A stretch of DNA of 64,000 bases from an uncultured Spirochaetota bacterium (GCA_963820525.1 CAWGAA010000001.1:3040001-3104000); one strand, 5' to 3'. Positions 1 through 10,351 are shown, counted from the stretch's first letter. The notes: generated by a model not told the origin, from the sequence alone. Numbers and translations are program-made.

Positions 1-166
1 TTTTCCAAGCCACTGCCTCGGCGATGGGATGAACGCCCTTGCCGGCCCGCCGAGCCGGGGCTGCCGCAGTGCGGAAAGTATGGGAGCCTCTTTCGGAAAA
101 TTCCCGTTTCATTGAAACGGGCCGGGATGGATGATACACTTGTTTGCGGCGGAGGGACCGCGCGTA

Positions 167-1189
167 TCAGTCTGCCTCGGGCTTGAGCACGACCAGGTCT
201 CCTGTTTCATCGGATACGAAGAGCATCCCCTCTCCCCAGTCCATCCAGATGATGGACTTCAGCGAGAGCCTCAGAGGATCCGTCTCAAGGGGGTTGTTTC
301 GTTCTCCCGGCCCGGCACGGCGTCCGCCGGCTATCGTGGAGATTCTTCTCCGCTCGCCGTCTATCATGCGCACGGCGCCATTCTGCGTATCTGCGATGTA
401 GAGCGCGTTTCGATCGTCCAGGCAGAACGCCCAGGGCCCGTCGAAGCGGCCCGAGCGTCGGCCGCCGAAAGTCGCCTTCGCGGGGTCTCCGCCGTCACCC
501 GTGGACCCGGGCACACCCGTTCCCGCAACAAGTTTCGCCGTGTTTCGCTCGAAGTCGATGGCGCGTACGCGAAAGCGCGAGCCTTCAAGGATGTAGATCA
601 TGCCGTTGGTCGCCGAGCGGATATCGTAGACTTCGGCAAGGCGCATGTCCTCCAGCGGGCATTCGGGCGGCGCGGGAATGCGGCCCTCCGGATCGTCCTC
701 CCCCCGGCTGCCAAGCACGCGAAGAAGCTCCCCCCGGCGGGTGAATACCCACAGCCGCGCCTGGCCGGGATCGTTTACCCAGATGTTGCGCTTCGCATCG
801 AGCACGCAATTCGCGGGTGTGCTGATGCCGTGGGGCCGCAGGTCGATGAAGGGCTCGGCCGAGCCGCACTCGGGGTCCACCCTGAGTATCGAGCCGCGTC
901 CCGAGTTGCACACGAGGAAGGTCCCGTCACCGAAGCTGGAGATCCATGATGGGCGCTTGAGATCCGCCGTGATGGAGGACGGACCGCATTGTTTTGTCCT
1001 TGGCCCCAGTGACCAGGAAATCTCGCCGGTGCCCGCATCGACACAGAAGAGGCAATCGTGCTCCGGGCCGAGCGCGAAATAGCCGCCTCCACGCTCATGC
1101 AGCCCGAGAAAGGCGAAGCCGTTTCTGACGCACGGGCCCGCCTCCCGTTCCTCCCGCGAGAATCCGACGACACGGTGGACCGACCACAT
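167..1189 (-). CDS. NHL-repeat beta-propeller protein
   Basis: 340 aa ORF with NHL-like repeats (GPWAFCLDDRNALYIADTQNGAVRMID, VAGTGVPGSTGDGG). Confidence 0.7.
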   Translation of the reverse strand: MWSVHRVVGFSREEREAGPCVRNGFAFLGLHERGGGYFALGPEHDCLFCVDAGTGEISWSLGPRTKQCGPSSITADLKRPSWISSFGDGTFLVCNSGRGSILRVDPECGSAEPFIDLRPHGISTPANCVLDAKRNIWVNDPGQARLWVFTRRGELLRVLGSRGEDDPEGRIPAPPECPLEDMRLAEVYDIRSATNGMIYILEGSRFRVRAIDFERNTAKLVAGTGVPGSTGDGGDPAKATFGGRRSGRFDGPWAFCLDDRNALYIADTQNGAVRMIDGERRRISTIAGGRRAGPGERNNPLETDPLRLSLKSIIWMDWGEGMLFVSDETGDLVVLKPEAD

Positions 1190-1192
1190 CGA

Positions 1193-1996
1193 TTACCCCC
1201 GATGCTCTGCGCTCAAAAGCCTCCGGGCGTTCTCCACGAGTATCGCCCTCTCGAGTGTTTCGCCGAGGCTCAGGTTTCGAAGCAGGGTGATCGAAGCGGC
1301 CTGATCCGCCCAGGGAGAGTCTGATCCGTACAGGAGGCGGTCCGGCGGGAAGGAGAGGATGAGGCTGCGCGCCTTCTCCCGCGGGAGGAACTCGAGGGAA
1401 TAGGAGATATCGACAAAGAGCCTCTCTCCGGGGAGGCATTCAGCCACCAGGTCCCAATCCCGCCACGCTCCGAGGTGGGTGGCCACGAAGGTAAGGCCGG
1501 GAAAACGGTGCAGCACGTTCACGATCCGGGGAGGGTCCGCCACGCGCGTGAACGGGTAGGCGTGATCGAAGCCGGTGTGGGATACGCAGATCATGCCGAG
1601 CTTTTCCATCTCCCGGTAGAGGGGGAGCATCGCCTGTCCATCCAGCTCGAAGCCCTGGTAATAGGGATGGAACTTCATTCCCCTGAAGCCCTGCTCCCAG
1701 GCCATCCTGATCTTCGCGACAGCCTCGGGGTCCTCGGGATGCACCGAAAGGAAGGGCACGATGCGCTCGGAGGCGATGCCGAGAGACCATGCCCTAATGG
1801 ATTCGAATTGAGAGGGCTTGGTGGCGATCGAGAGCACGACGCTCGTGGCGATCCCCGCCGCATCCATAGATTCGATGAGCGCGGAGATCCGACCGTCGAG
1901 CACCGATTTGATTCCCGCCAGCCCCTCTATACGTGAGATGGCGCGGCCGGAGATTTCATCGGGGAAAGCGTGGGCGTGAAAGTCCACGGCATGCAC
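1193..1996 (-). CDS. Amidohydrolase family protein (Amidohydro_2)
   Basis: DFHAH, GMKFHP, HTG, HLG and YGSDSPW motifs; GTG start at 1996 chosen. Confidence 0.85.
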   Translation of the reverse strand: MHAVDFHAHAFPDEISGRAISRIEGLAGIKSVLDGRISALIESMDAAGIATSVVLSIATKPSQFESIRAWSLGIASERIVPFLSVHPEDPEAVAKIRMAWEQGFRGMKFHPYYQGFELDGQAMLPLYREMEKLGMICVSHTGFDHAYPFTRVADPPRIVNVLHRFPGLTFVATHLGAWRDWDLVAECLPGERLFVDISYSLEFLPREKARSLILSFPPDRLLYGSDSPWADQAASITLLRNLSLGETLERAILVENARRLLSAEHRG

Positions 1997-2033
1997 CCCG
2001 CCACGATACACGAAATGCGGCCGGCGCGTCAAA

Positions 2034-2105
2034 AGGGCGGTACGGTTGCCCCCCCGAGGGTCGGTGCAGCGGCCCGACCGAGGGGCGGTGCGGTTGCCCC
2101 CCCAG
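2034..2105. repeat. Three short GC-rich hairpin-like units (~24 bp) in tandem
   Basis: GGGCGGTACGGTTGCCCC / GGGTCGGTGCAGCGGCCCGACC / GGGGCGGTGCGGTTGCCCC, intergenic. Confidence 0.5.
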
Positions 2106-2126
2106 GGGCGTCGCAGTACCCAGCCC

Positions 2127-3616
2127 TCATGCCTTGGCTGTGACGAACTGCTTTCCGTCCTCTACGCAGAGCTGCTCTATCGCCACGCGCCCATCCTGCG
2201 CCACGCTGGGAATACCGGAGAAAGGCGCCGTCCACTGGCCGATCATGGAAAAGTTGGAGAGTCCGGGCAGCGTTTTCTCTATCTTGGCCCTCATCGTGCC
2301 GGCCGTCGGGCGCCAACCCTCATAGGAAGCGCGGTAGTTTCCGGTGTAGCGTACCGTGGTCATCGGGGTGGCTGCGTCGGACACCTCCACATCGGCGCTT
2401 ATTCCCGGGTAGATGGTCTCCAGCCATTCGAGAGTGTCCCGCTCGACCCGCTTTTTCTCCTCGTGGTATTTCGCCCGGTCTTTTGAGAGCTCTTGCCAGA
2501 GATCGAAAGGGCTCCAGAAGGCGACCGTGAGCGAAGTCCTGCCCGGGGGAGCTATCGTCGGGTCGAAGGCATAATTGTTGAGCAGGGCAAACGGCGCAGG
2601 GGAGCTTCCGAATCGCCTGGGTTGGGCGAATCCATAAACGGTGAGTCGAGGCTGATCGGACATGAGGCGCTTGACGCCGAACGAGACCTGCAGAAGGGGC
2701 GTGTAGAGGGGAAAGGTCTCGTATTGCCGCTTCAGCTTGCCGCTTATGTACTTGCCCTTGAGCATGCCGAAGATCGTCGAGCGTCCATCCGCCGCGCCGA
2801 TAACCTCATCCGCCGCGTGCTCGCTTCCGTCAGCCAGGCGAACCCCGACGGCGCGGCCGTTTTTCACGATGATTTCCTCCACCTTGGCGCCATAGCGGAT
2901 CGTGCCTCCAAGGCTCAGGTACCGTGCTTCGATCGCCTTCGAGAACGCCAGGGAGCCGCCCTGCGGCCACCCCGCCTGTTTCTTGTCCAGGATGGAGAGC
3001 AGCATGACGATGCTCATCGCGGGAATGCTGGGAAGGAAAACGATGAGCGGCATCGCCTCCCGGAGAACCGGGTTTTTGAACCCCGAGATGAACTGCTCCA
3101 TGCTCACGCCGTATCGCTTGAACAGGGGCAGGTAAGGCTTGATTTTCGACAGCATGCGAAGCTTCGCCAGCGGCCCTTGCCGCTTGGGCGCGCCGAGTGG
3201 ATGATTGAGCTTTCCGAAGAGCCTCACATCCTCGCGGAGCCGGTCCAGCATGGCGGCGTCCTCGGGCGCCAACTCCTTGAGGTGCTCCACGAACCTGGCG
3301 ATGTCGCTGTGCTGCACGACCCTCTTTCCCGACGAGGTGACGACATGGCAGAACTCCTCGTGGTCGATCACCTTCCTGCCCTCGATCACGCCGAGCTCCT
3401 CCCACATCGGGTACAGGGAGCTTTCCGGCGCGGAGCCGGTCAGCCAGTGCATGCAGCCGTCAAAGGTGTAGCCTTTTCGGACCCATCCCGTGCACACACC
3501 GCCCGGCGCGGTGTGTGCATCTCGAAGATCTCGGTTTCGTACCCGTTCATCCGGCCATAGCAGCCGGCCGACAATCCCGCGATCCCTCCGCCGATGATGG
3601 CGATTCTTCTTCCCAT
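2127..3616 (-). CDS. Phytoene desaturase-like NAD(P)/FAD oxidoreductase, frameshifted near 3510
   Basis: MGRRIAIIGGGIAGLSAG (GxGxxG) starts at 3616 in a different frame from the 456 aa body; two extra nt in the CACACAC run. Confidence 0.8.
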
Positions 3617-3621
3617 TTCTT

Positions 3622-4257
3622 CTACTCCTTTTTAGGGCTCACGGCTTTCAGCATGAGCTCGATATATCGATTGCGTTCGGCATCGTCGTGAAAATCGAGG
3701 CCGCTGATTCCGCGCAAGGATCCCATGATGAGAAAGGGGAACGCTATTCCGGAATAAAGGAGGAGGGCCAGGAGCTCATTCTCGCCTGTGCCGCCTCCAG
3801 GGCCGGCCTCACCGACTCCGGCTCCGGCCGCCACACTGTCCCTGATTTCCGCTAAGGCTTCAGAAATTGCGACGAGTATTCCTTTGAGAAAAACGGCGTA
3901 TGTATCGTTTCCATGCTCTTTCATGAGCAAGTTTCGAAATGCGGTCTTCGTTATTCCCTGATATGCGACGAGCCCTGCGGCGTAGCCTTCGAAGAATCTT
4001 CGAAGCCTCTCTGCCGGCGGCATAGACCTGTTTCTTAATAGCAGCATCCCCTGATCGAAGGCGGCCGATGCGGCCGAAAGGACCGCCTCGTCCACCAGAT
4101 TCTCCTTGGTCTGGAAATGGTAATTGATCGCCGCCACGTTTACCCCGGCCTGTCCGGCGATCTGCCTGGTTGTGATATCTTCAGGGTCTTTTTGGAAGAG
4201 GAGCTGAATCGTCACTGCCAAGATCTTTTTCTTGGTTGAGGTCTCTTCTTGGCTCAT
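3622..4257 (-). CDS. TetR/AcrR family transcriptional regulator
   Basis: HTH ITTRQIAGQAGVNVAAINYHFQTKENL. Confidence 0.9.
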   Translation of the reverse strand: MSQEETSTKKKILAVTIQLLFQKDPEDITTRQIAGQAGVNVAAINYHFQTKENLVDEAVLSAASAAFDQGMLLLRNRSMPPAERLRRFFEGYAAGLVAYQGITKTAFRNLLMKEHGNDTYAVFLKGILVAISEALAEIRDSVAAGAGVGEAGPGGGTGENELLALLLYSGIAFPFLIMGSLRGISGLDFHDDAERNRYIELMLKAVSPKKE

Positions 4258-4279
4258 CTTTGTCTCCTTGGGTTGGTCA

Positions 4280-4338
4280 TTGTTTAAAACATAGATTTAA
4301 ACAAAGATTGAATATCATCTTCCAAGGAAATCTGTCAA
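4280..4338 (-). promoter_or_regulatory. Probable TetR operator and sigma70 promoter
   Basis: Inverted repeat TTGTTTAAA-N7-TTTAAACAA at 4280-4304, just downstream of minus-strand TTGACA (4338-4333)-N16-GATATT. Confidence 0.65.
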
Positions 4339-4452
4339 GGGGATTCTTTTGCCGGGACGGGCCGACTCCTTATCGGCCGAGATCGCATAAGCCAAGGCAG
4401 GCTGGAAAGCCTCCTTTTATCCTAAAAAACTCTAATCGTGTATACTCCAGCC

Positions 4453-4737
4453 ATGGGGTTCAATGCTCAGGTTTTCTTCTCGACATTCGTCATAATCTTC
4501 CTCGCCGAGCTTGGGGATAAGACGCAGATCTCGACTTTCGCTTTCGCCTCGGAGAATCGGTCTGTCCTTTCCGTGTTCCTCGGCGCGGCGCTTGCCCTCA
4601 CATGCACTTCTCTCCTGGGAGTTGTCCTTGGAGGCGTGATGGGACGGTTCGTTCCGGCGAGGCTGTTGAAGTTCCTCGCGGCGGCCGTGTTCCTCGGTTT
4701 TGGGGTCTGGACGCTTGTCGAAGCGATTCAGGGCTGA
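4453..4737 (+). CDS. TMEM165/GDT1 (UPF0016) family single-domain membrane protein
   Basis: LAELGDKTQ motif, hydrophobic helices. Confidence 0.9.
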   Translation: MGFNAQVFFSTFVIIFLAELGDKTQISTFAFASENRSVLSVFLGAALALTCTSLLGVVLGGVMGRFVPARLLKFLAAAVFLGFGVWTLVEAIQG

Positions 4738-4740
4738 GAG

Positions 4741-5229
4741 ATGAAGAACGCTATCAGCAGATGGATCCTCTCGCGCGTCATCAAGAGCGCCCTCGTTTTC
4801 GAGGCAGAGGCCATCGAGCTTTACCGGGGCTTGCAGGAAAAGCTGGATGAGAGTCCCTTGCGGCATGGGCTGGAGCACCTGCTGGACGAGGAAAAGCTGC
4901 ACTGGAAGCTCTTGCGCGACACGGCGGACGGGAAACTCGATCCCGACGAGCTGGAGCGGGCTCTCCATGAGCACCTCTATGCTCGCCTGCCGGAGATCGC
5001 GCCGCTATCGGGAAAGGCTCTCTCCATCTGGGGAGACGAGCTTCGCGCGGCCCTTCACCGCGAGAAGGAAACCTTTATCTTCTACAGCAACCTGCGTCGG
5101 ATCAGCAAGATCCCCGCGGTAAAGAAGGCTTTCGAGGTGCTTTCCGACATGGAGAAAGAGCACGTGGAGATTCTCGCCCGGCTCCTGGGCGAAGCGGCGC
5201 CTCACTTCAAGCCTCTGGCCGGCCGATAG
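4741..5229 (+). CDS. Ferritin-like/rubrerythrin family protein
   Basis: Two ExxH-type motifs (EEKLH, MEKEH) and E-x6-Y helices. Confidence 0.75.
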   Translation: MKNAISRWILSRVIKSALVFEAEAIELYRGLQEKLDESPLRHGLEHLLDEEKLHWKLLRDTADGKLDPDELERALHEHLYARLPEIAPLSGKALSIWGDELRAALHREKETFIFYSNLRRISKIPAVKKAFEVLSDMEKEHVEILARLLGEAAPHFKPLAGR

Positions 5230-5361
5230 GCCGCTGAAAACGGCGCGGCTGACCCATATCCGGCCCTCTCCACTCCGCCGGACATCATCCTCGCTTGACA
5301 GCCCCCCCGCCGTTCAATTACCCTTCACATGAGATATTCCGACCTTCCGGCGAGGAGATAG

Positions 5362-6852
5362 ATGTCGAGCGAAATAGATCTGGTTCAGATAAAAAAAGCG
5401 GCGCATAATTCCACCCCACTGACATTCAAAACATACACGATGCCCCATGAGACCGAGATCTATCTCGACAAGATCCTCGAGGGTTTCCTCCAGGAGTTGG
5501 GACAGGATAAGCTCAAGGAGCCCCTCTCCTACTGCCTTCGCGAGCTGGCGGTGAACGCGAAGAAAGCGAACACCAAGAGGGTCTATTTTCTGGAAAAGGG
5601 TCTCGACCTGAACAACGACAAGGACTACGAGAACGGGATGAAGAATTTCAAGGTCGAGACCTTCGATAATATCCAGCATTATCTGCAGAAGCAGAAGGAG
5701 CTCGGCCTCTACGTCAAGGTGATCTTCCAGACCAAGGGCAAGACCCTCACCATCATGGTGAGGAACAACGCCGAGATCACCAAGAAGGAGCAGATCCGCG
5801 TCTTCGACCGGCTCGCCCGCTCGCGCGCCTTCACTTCGCTGGAAGAGGCCTTCGCAACCGTCCTGGACTCCAGCGAAGGGGCGGGCCTGGGAATCGTGAT
5901 CCTCATCTTGATGATGAAGAAGATCGGCCTCACGGAGGACTGCTTCGCCATCGACGCGGAAGACGGCGAGACGGTTGCCAGCCTCACAATCCCCTTCTCC
6001 GATGTGCACCTCGAGCAGCTGGAGACCCTCATGCAGACCCTCGTGAGGGAGATCGACACGCTGCCGCAGTTCCCCGACAACATCATGAACCTCCAGAGGC
6101 TCACCGCGGACCCGAACGCGGAGATTTCCGACATCGCCCGTGAGATCAGCGTCGACCCCTCGATGACGGCGGACCTCCTCAAGCTTGTAAACTCCGCCCA
6201 GTTCATGCTGCCCAAACGGGTGGACAACATCGTGGAGGCCGTCAAGCTGGTGGGAACAAAGGGCGTGAGAAACCTCCTGTTCTCCTACGGGACGCAGAAA
6301 GTCCTCGGAGAGAAATACAGCGAGATGCGCTCCCTGTGGCAGCATTCATACAGGTGCGCCTTCTATGCGTACATGTTGGCCAAGAGCTTCAAGAGGAGGA
6401 AGGAGATCCTCGACGACGTGTACGTCGGCGGCATCCTCCACGATCTGGGGCAGATCGTCATCGCCTCCCTGCACCCGGACCTGCTCGAGCGCATCACCAA
6501 GATCTGCCGCGAGAAGGGGATCCCCTCCAAGATGCTGGAGAATTTCTCCATTGGGCTCAACCACGCCGAGGTCGGCGCCCTGATAGCGAAAAAATGGAAC
6601 TTTCCCGAGCAGCTGGTGGCGGCCATCCGCTTCCACCACGAGCCCAGCCAGAGCTCCCCTGCCGCCAAGGACATCGTCTACAGCGTCTACCTCGCCAATG
6701 CCATCTGCGACATGGAGCGGGAGAAAATCGGGTTCGACACGATCTCGCTCTCCGCGCTGCGCGACTTCAATATCGAAACCGAGGAGCAGCTCAACAAGAT
6801 CCAGGAACGCCTCTCCAAGGCTTTTGAAGACCAGCGCCAGAAGTTCCAGTAG
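5362..6852 (+). CDS. HDOD domain protein with N-terminal HATPase-like region
   Basis: ELAVNA and EGAGLG in N-terminal half; LPQFP, DPSMTADLLKLVNSA, ILHDLG and HHEP in HDOD half. Confidence 0.85.
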   Translation: MSSEIDLVQIKKAAHNSTPLTFKTYTMPHETEIYLDKILEGFLQELGQDKLKEPLSYCLRELAVNAKKANTKRVYFLEKGLDLNNDKDYENGMKNFKVETFDNIQHYLQKQKELGLYVKVIFQTKGKTLTIMVRNNAEITKKEQIRVFDRLARSRAFTSLEEAFATVLDSSEGAGLGIVILILMMKKIGLTEDCFAIDAEDGETVASLTIPFSDVHLEQLETLMQTLVREIDTLPQFPDNIMNLQRLTADPNAEISDIAREISVDPSMTADLLKLVNSAQFMLPKRVDNIVEAVKLVGTKGVRNLLFSYGTQKVLGEKYSEMRSLWQHSYRCAFYAYMLAKSFKRRKEILDDVYVGGILHDLGQIVIASLHPDLLERITKICREKGIPSKMLENFSIGLNHAEVGALIAKKWNFPEQLVAAIRFHHEPSQSSPAAKDIVYSVYLANAICDMEREKIGFDTISLSALRDFNIETEEQLNKIQERLSKAFEDQRQKFQ

Positions 6853-6957
6853 CCGCCCTGGCGCGGCAGCCGGCGCTTGCCGCCCGACGCTGCCGAGCCC
6901 GTTCCGCCCAGAACCCGATCTTCGCCCGATCAGCTTGAAGCTGTACCGTTCCGCCTC

Positions 6958-6986
6958 TTGACAAAAGAAAGTCTATATAGTATTAT
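6958..6986 (+). promoter_or_regulatory. sigma70 promoter of glutaredoxin gene
   Basis: TTGACA-N17-TATTAT. Confidence 0.7.
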
Positions 6987-7011
6987 CAATATACAACAGA
7001 GGAGGGCTCCC

Positions 7012-7242
7012 ATGGCCGTAGCGATCTATACGACACCCACCTGCGGATTCTGCAAAGTAGCCAAGGAATTCTTTCGCAGCCAGCACATATCTTTTACCGA
7101 GTACAACGTGGCTTCAGATCAGCGCAAGGCGGAGGAAATGGTTCGAAAGTCAGGTCAGATGGGAGTTCCCGTCATCGACGTCAACGGCAGGATCATTGTC
7201 GGCTTCAACAAACCTGAAATCGAAAAAGCCCTGAAGAGATAG
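7012..7242 (+). CDS. Glutaredoxin-like (NrdH/YruB family) protein
   Basis: YTTPTCGFC, GQMGVPVI, IVGFN; GGAGG RBS. Confidence 0.9.
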   Translation: MAVAIYTTPTCGFCKVAKEFFRSQHISFTEYNVASDQRKAEEMVRKSGQMGVPVIDVNGRIIVGFNKPEIEKALKR

Positions 7243-7356
7243 GATCGGCGCGGCGCACGGCACGCGCCGCGATCTTGTTCAGCCTCTCCTTTTTCCCTTT
7301 TTGCGCAAGCGCTTTGAAATCCTCTCTTTCATTGTCTTTCGAGGAGGTCGAAAGAT

Positions 7357-7665
7357 ATGAAGGGAACCGTGTCCAGCGTCCACCCGGTGCTGCGCAATGA
7401 GCGGTTGAAGGTCGTTGCGCGCGTGAAGACGGAGAACGGGGATGAATGCGAGGCCTTCATGCCGGATCGGGAGGTCGCCGCGGTTCTTCCCCGGTCCATC
7501 CTCCTGGGCGGGGCCACAACCGCGCCTCCCGCCCTGTTGGAGACTTTTCAGCCCATCCTCCAGCGGATGACTGAGGGAAGGTCCGTGCGCCTCTGGAAAT
7601 ACGGGGAGAGGTTCTTCTTCTCGTTCCAGCCATGGAAATCTGTGCGTTTCGCTCGAGATCCTTGA
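7357..7665 (+). CDS. Hypothetical protein
   Basis: 102 aa ORF with AGGAGG RBS. Confidence 0.6.
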   Translation: MKGTVSSVHPVLRNERLKVVARVKTENGDECEAFMPDREVAAVLPRSILLGGATTAPPALLETFQPILQRMTEGRSVRLWKYGERFFFSFQPWKSVRFARDP

Positions 7666-7704
7666 GAAAGCCGGGCAGAGATGCCCTTTCAACGGGCGGA
7701 AACC

Positions 7705-8625
7705 TCAGGCGAAAGAATCGGGTGAACTGCCGACGGGCAAGCCGCCCGGGCCGGCGTCGCCCCCGCTCCCCGGCCGCATGCCGCGCCCCCCGCCGGCGGA
7801 AAGCGCGGAATGCCATCGGGAAAGCAGGACGCCGAAAGCCACGGCCACGTTGAGGGACCTCTTGGCGCCGGCGAGGGGAATGCTGACTCTCCCCAGGCTG
7901 GCGTCCGCAAGCGCAAGCGCCTCGGGACTCAGGCCCAGCTCTTCGGAGCCCACGAGCACGATCCCCCTGTCCGGGAAGCTGAACCGCTCGAGGGGGAGGC
8001 CTCCGAGCTCCAGGGCGAATACCCCCTGAGCCACGGGTATCTCGGAAAGCTCCCGCACTTCCCAGGGGAGAGCTTCCGCGGCCCCGCGGGCGGTCTTGCG
8101 CGCGCGGGGATGGGTGGGCAGGGGCGTTCGGGGCGAGAGGTAGACCCTCTCCATGCCGAACGCTTCGGCGGTTCGAAAGAGCGAGCCGACGTTGAACGGC
8201 GAGCGGATGTCTTCGAGGTAGGCCGCGATCGGATGCGTGCTCACGAGGCTTCTGTCGAGCGCACCCGTCTCAGGCGCCAGCAGGTCCCACTCCGAGGGCT
8301 CCTCGGCCATGGCGCGGAGCAGGGAGTTTCGCAGGGCATTCACGCCCCGAAGCGCGGCGGAGGGCAAGGGGCCGGCCGCCAGGGCCCGCGCTGTCGAGTC
8401 GGCAGCCCGGGTGATTTCTTCCGCTTCCCGGGCAGGGATTGCCCCGCCCGCTCCACGGGAAGCCGCCGTGAGGTCTTTGCCAAGGAATTCCAGAAGGCCC
8501 GTCAGGTAGCCGGCGTCGAAACCCTGCCCATGGAGAATGCCGACTTCCATCGCATGAAGGATTCGCGCGATTTTTCGCATGCGCGTTCTCGGGGAGAGCT
8601 CGCCCAGCTTTCTCAAGGGAAACAT
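7705..8625 (-). CDS. TrmH/SpoU family RNA methyltransferase
   Basis: DIRSPFNVGSLFRTAEAFG, VGSEELGLS, SLNVAVAFG. Confidence 0.9.
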   Translation of the reverse strand: MFPLRKLGELSPRTRMRKIARILHAMEVGILHGQGFDAGYLTGLLEFLGKDLTAASRGAGGAIPAREAEEITRAADSTARALAAGPLPSAALRGVNALRNSLLRAMAEEPSEWDLLAPETGALDRSLVSTHPIAAYLEDIRSPFNVGSLFRTAEAFGMERVYLSPRTPLPTHPRARKTARGAAEALPWEVRELSEIPVAQGVFALELGGLPLERFSFPDRGIVLVGSEELGLSPEALALADASLGRVSIPLAGAKRSLNVAVAFGVLLSRWHSALSAGGGRGMRPGSGGDAGPGGLPVGSSPDSFA

Positions 8626-8633
8626 GGCGGAGC

Positions 8634-9782
8634 CTAGAAAGCGGCCTTGATCAGCTCATAGACGTCTTCGGTTGAAACCACGCGAGGGAGGTAGTTCATC
8701 ATGTCGAAGGCACGCGCGGTCCCGGCGACCTCGATCATTTCATCGAGGCTGAGATCGAACTCTCGAAGGCGCGTGGGGAGGTTGAGGGATGCGATGATGC
8801 CGCGCATCGCCTCGATGGCCCGTACGGGGGCTTCCACCGGCGGCACTCCCGTCATGTCCTCGCCCAGAAGCCGGGCGATCTGGATGATGCGGTCGCCCCG
8901 CGCGTTGATGGCGAACTCCAGCACGTGGGGAAGCAGGATGGTCGATACCCAGGACTTGGGGGAGAGGAAGCGGGCATTGATGGCGAAGGAGAGGGCGGAG
9001 CCGATGCCGAGCTTTGTCGTGGCGAGCCCCAGGCCCAGGAGGAGCCCCGCGGCGCTGGCGTTCGAACGCATCCGCACGTCGTCGACGTTCTGCAGTCCCT
9101 CCTTGATGATCGCCGCGAGAGTCTCTATCGCTTTCATGAGGCAGGTGTCGGAGAGGAAGTTGGCCCTGTTGGACAGGAGGCCTTCGATGCAGCCCAGGAG
9201 CGTGTCCATGACGGTCGTGTAGGTGTACTTGGCGGGAAGGCCGAGGGACATCTTCGGATCGATCACCACCGCCTTGGTGATCCCCTTCTGGGTTCTGCCG
9301 ATCTTTCCGCTCCTGTCGCGCGCATCCACCATGAGATACTCGTCGAGGAACATGAAGGGGTTCCGGCAGGTGGTGGGAATCTCGATGTAGGCAAGGGGTT
9401 TTCCTTCGGGCTGGACGCCCGAGAGGAAGTCGTCGATCGAGTTTTTGGACGGCGAGGTCATTGCGATGCACTTGGCGATGGAGAGTGTCTTGATCCCGCC
9501 CAGGCCGATCACGATGTCGGCATGAGACCCCCGCGCCAGGGCCACGCCCTCCTCCACGGTCTTGCTGGTGGCGTTTGGGACCACCTCGTCGAAGACGATC
9601 GAGGGTATTCCCCTCTTTTCCAGCAGGTCCTGGACCCTGTTGATGACCTTCCCCTCGTAGAGGATGGCCTCGGTGACGAGGAAGGCCCTCTCGCCGTGCT
9701 CTGAAACGATCTGGCCGATACGGGTAACGGTATCCTGCCCGAAGATGATCCGCGTGGGTACATGGAAAAGCACGTCCGGCAT
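8634..9782 (-). CDS. Iron-containing alcohol dehydrogenase family protein
   Basis: PTRIIFGQD, IGLGGIKTLSIAK, IPTT, VIDP; start MPDVLFHVP. Confidence 0.85.
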   Translation of the reverse strand: MPDVLFHVPTRIIFGQDTVTRIGQIVSEHGERAFLVTEAILYEGKVINRVQDLLEKRGIPSIVFDEVVPNATSKTVEEGVALARGSHADIVIGLGGIKTLSIAKCIAMTSPSKNSIDDFLSGVQPEGKPLAYIEIPTTCRNPFMFLDEYLMVDARDRSGKIGRTQKGITKAVVIDPKMSLGLPAKYTYTTVMDTLLGCIEGLLSNRANFLSDTCLMKAIETLAAIIKEGLQNVDDVRMRSNASAAGLLLGLGLATTKLGIGSALSFAINARFLSPKSWVSTILLPHVLEFAINARGDRIIQIARLLGEDMTGVPPVEAPVRAIEAMRGIIASLNLPTRLREFDLSLDEMIEVAGTARAFDMMNYLPRVVSTEDVYELIKAAF

Positions 9783-9825
9783 GGGAAAGCTCCCTTTCAC
9801 GACGCCGCCTATCCGCGCCGCCGAT

Positions 9826-9862
9826 AAAAAAAGCGGAGAATCCGCCAAAGGATACCTCCGCT
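9826..9862 (-). terminator. Intrinsic terminator after flgM
   Basis: AGCGGAG...CTCCGCT stem followed by a T run on the minus strand. Confidence 0.7.
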
Positions 9863-9883
9863 CGTGACCCCTACGGTATCGCT

Positions 9884-10171
9884 CTACGAGATTCCGAACG
9901 CCTTGAGCACTCCATCGGCAACGGCCTCGATGACCTCCTGGGAGGGATAAGTGGGATCCTGGAGCTTGCGCTTCGCTTCCTCGACCTTGTCCGTGCGGAT
10001 ATCCGGCGCGAGCCGGGCCGCTTCCGCTGCCTTGAACACCTCCGACTTGGACTTTGCTTCTTCGGATACGTTGATGGCGTCGAGCTCTTCCTTGGACTGC
10101 AGCCGAGACGTCTTCTCCGTCTTCTTGATATTTGAGGCCGGATCCGGTGGACCAATTCTCTCGACCGTCAT
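9884..10171 (-). CDS. flgM: Flagellar anti-sigma-28 factor FlgM
   Basis: 95 aa; DAINVSEEAK...PDIRTDKVEEAKRKL...Y pattern; sigma28-like promoter upstream. Confidence 0.75.
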   Translation of the reverse strand: MTVERIGPPDPASNIKKTEKTSRLQSKEELDAINVSEEAKSKSEVFKAAEAARLAPDIRTDKVEEAKRKLQDPTYPSQEVIEAVADGVLKAFGIS

Positions 10172-10193
10172 TGGAGGTTCCTTTCACTTACCT

Positions 10194-10221
10194 ATATCGA
10201 CAGGCGTCATTGGCAACTTGA
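10194..10221 (-). promoter_or_regulatory. sigma28 (FliA)-type promoter
   Basis: TCAA-N16-GTCGATAT upstream of flgM. Confidence 0.6.
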
Positions 10222-10351
10222 ACCCTTTTCCAGGTTTATAGTCGTGTTCGACGCTGGAGTCAAGGGCTTCGACTGAGTTTTTCCCTCGCTCCGGCATTTT
10301 TGCCCGGTTTGGCGACGAACGCTCATCGATCATCGGCAATGCGCCTCCGAG

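Noticed and set aside
1..100. Cobalamin-riboswitch-like words (GCCACTG, GAGCC...CTGCC)
   Set aside because: GGGAAG and AGACCT elements are missing, the 5' part is outside the window, and the next gene is on the opposite strand.
9820..9827. GCCGATAA sigma28 -10 match on the plus strand
   Set aside because: Points antisense into flgM, overlaps the terminator, and has no convincing -35.
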